A stretch of DNA of 64,000 nt from NCBI GenBank assembly GCA_963796275.1, contig CAWCKY010000002.1, positions 352,001 to 416,000 on the forward strand, given 5' to 3'. Positions 63,013 through 64,000 of this stretch are shown piece after piece (position 1 is the first letter of the stretch; each line of letters starts with the position of its first letter). This DNA is from an uncultured Acidobacteriota bacterium (lineage in GTDB: Bacteria > Acidobacteriota > Blastocatellia > RBC074). Under the pieces are notes generated by a model. The model did not search any database. It was not told the origin of the DNA and saw only the letters and a program-made list of their open reading frames with translations. The position numbers were made by a program, and so were the translations under genes.

Positions 63013-63370
63013 ATGGCTTGAGCGAAATGCGATGCGTCACAAGCTTCGGCGGTGTTGAAAAGCTGAATGATGAGAGCCGGGATAAGCACGGGCATCCCAT
63101 TCCTGGCGCACAGCGCCACGCGCATCCCGTCTCGATCCGATAGCGGTTCCCCGCCCGGAATAAGCGCTTGGTGAACGATACACTCTGCCAATTTTTATCT
63201 TCGTTCTCTTCGTTTCTTCTTATTGGCATCAAAGCCTTGCCGTCGCTGTAATTCTAGAGTAAATTTCGCCCGATAAGCACTATCGATGGCATTCATTAGA
63301 CCCGGCAGCGCGCGATCAGCGATTGCTGTCGGCCTCCCATTCATAGCTACGACATATCGGAGAGAACTAG

Positions 63371-64000
63371 ATGATCACCATCTATCGCACCACTCTTTAT
63401 GCAATGCTTTTGCTGGCCCTGCCTGTGCTTACGGCAGTCGCCACAGATAAACCCAACTTCCGCACGATTGAACTCTGGCCCAACGGCGCACCCGGCGCGA
63501 CGGGTAATACTGACGAAGACAAACCCGCGATCATTCCGGTCATTCCCGATGCGGCCAAGGCGACCGGCGCGGCGATCCTGGTCTGTCCGGGCGGTGGCTT
63601 CACGATACGCGCCATCGATCACGAAGGCATGCTCGTGGCGCAGTGGCTCAAAGAGCGAGGGATCGCGGCTTTCGTTTTACGCTATCGCCTGCGCCCGCTT
63701 TATGGCCGCGAGCACTGGCTGCGCGATGCGCAGCGCGGCATGCAATTCATCCGCGCACACGCCGGCGAGTATCACGTCGCTGCCGATCGCATCGGCATCA
63801 TCGGCTTTTCCGCGGGAGCGCAGCTCGCAGCCGATGCCTCGTTCAATCCGTTGGCGGGCCAAACCGCCGCCAACGACCCGCTCGACCGTGTTTCCAGCCG
63901 CCCCGACTTTCTGATCCTGTCTTATGGATCGATGGCCTTTCCTGCCTCTGCGAACGGCGCCGATCTGCCACCGGCGTTTATGTTCTGCACCTCCGAAGAT
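63371..64000 (+). CDS. Secreted alpha/beta hydrolase (acetyl esterase-like), truncated by the window end
   Basis: Read directly from the DNA (not in the ORF track): MITIYRTTLYAMLLLAL..LWPNGAPG..VCPGGGF..HEG..GFSAG..RPDF. Confidence 0.85.
   Translation, partial: MITIYRTTLYAMLLLALPVLTAVATDKPNFRTIELWPNGAPGATGNTDEDKPAIIPVIPDAAKATGAAILVCPGGGFTIRAIDHEGMLVAQWLKERGIAAFVLRYRLRPLYGREHWLRDAQRGMQFIRAHAGEYHVAADRIGIIGFSAGAQLAADASFNPLAGQTAANDPLDRVSSRPDFLILSYGSMAFPASANGADLPPAFMFCTSED

Overview
Bacterial accessory-type chromosome region. The gene content (two Oar-like TonB-dependent receptors, DUF1549/1553+DUF1501 and DUF1592+DUF1552 pairs, an acidobacterial-type PadR) suggests an Acidobacterium, possibly Blastocatellia; this is inferred, not checked. 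It holds about 38 CDS, mostly exported hydrolases, redox proteins and regulators. I found no rRNA, tRNA or CRISPR array. Mobile and repeat DNA: a tnpB-only IS200/IS605 element with intact RuvC residues but about ten frameshifts, three small TIR-bounded MITE-like elements (two carry REP-like hairpins), and GC-rich micro-tandem repeats, two of them in frame inside genes. Best candidates for undescribed systems: (1) a predicted sigma54 operon coupling an HtrA/DegP-like protein that has lost its whole catalytic triad to a cation:proton antiporter; (2) an ECF sigma/anti-sigma/Spy-like/amidohydrolase/cytochrome c-copper monooxygenase operon; (3) a secreted 10-Cys (CX3C)4 miniprotein next to a SELENBP1-like module; (4) an EEP-esterase fusion. 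All calls come from reading motifs by eye; no database searches were run.
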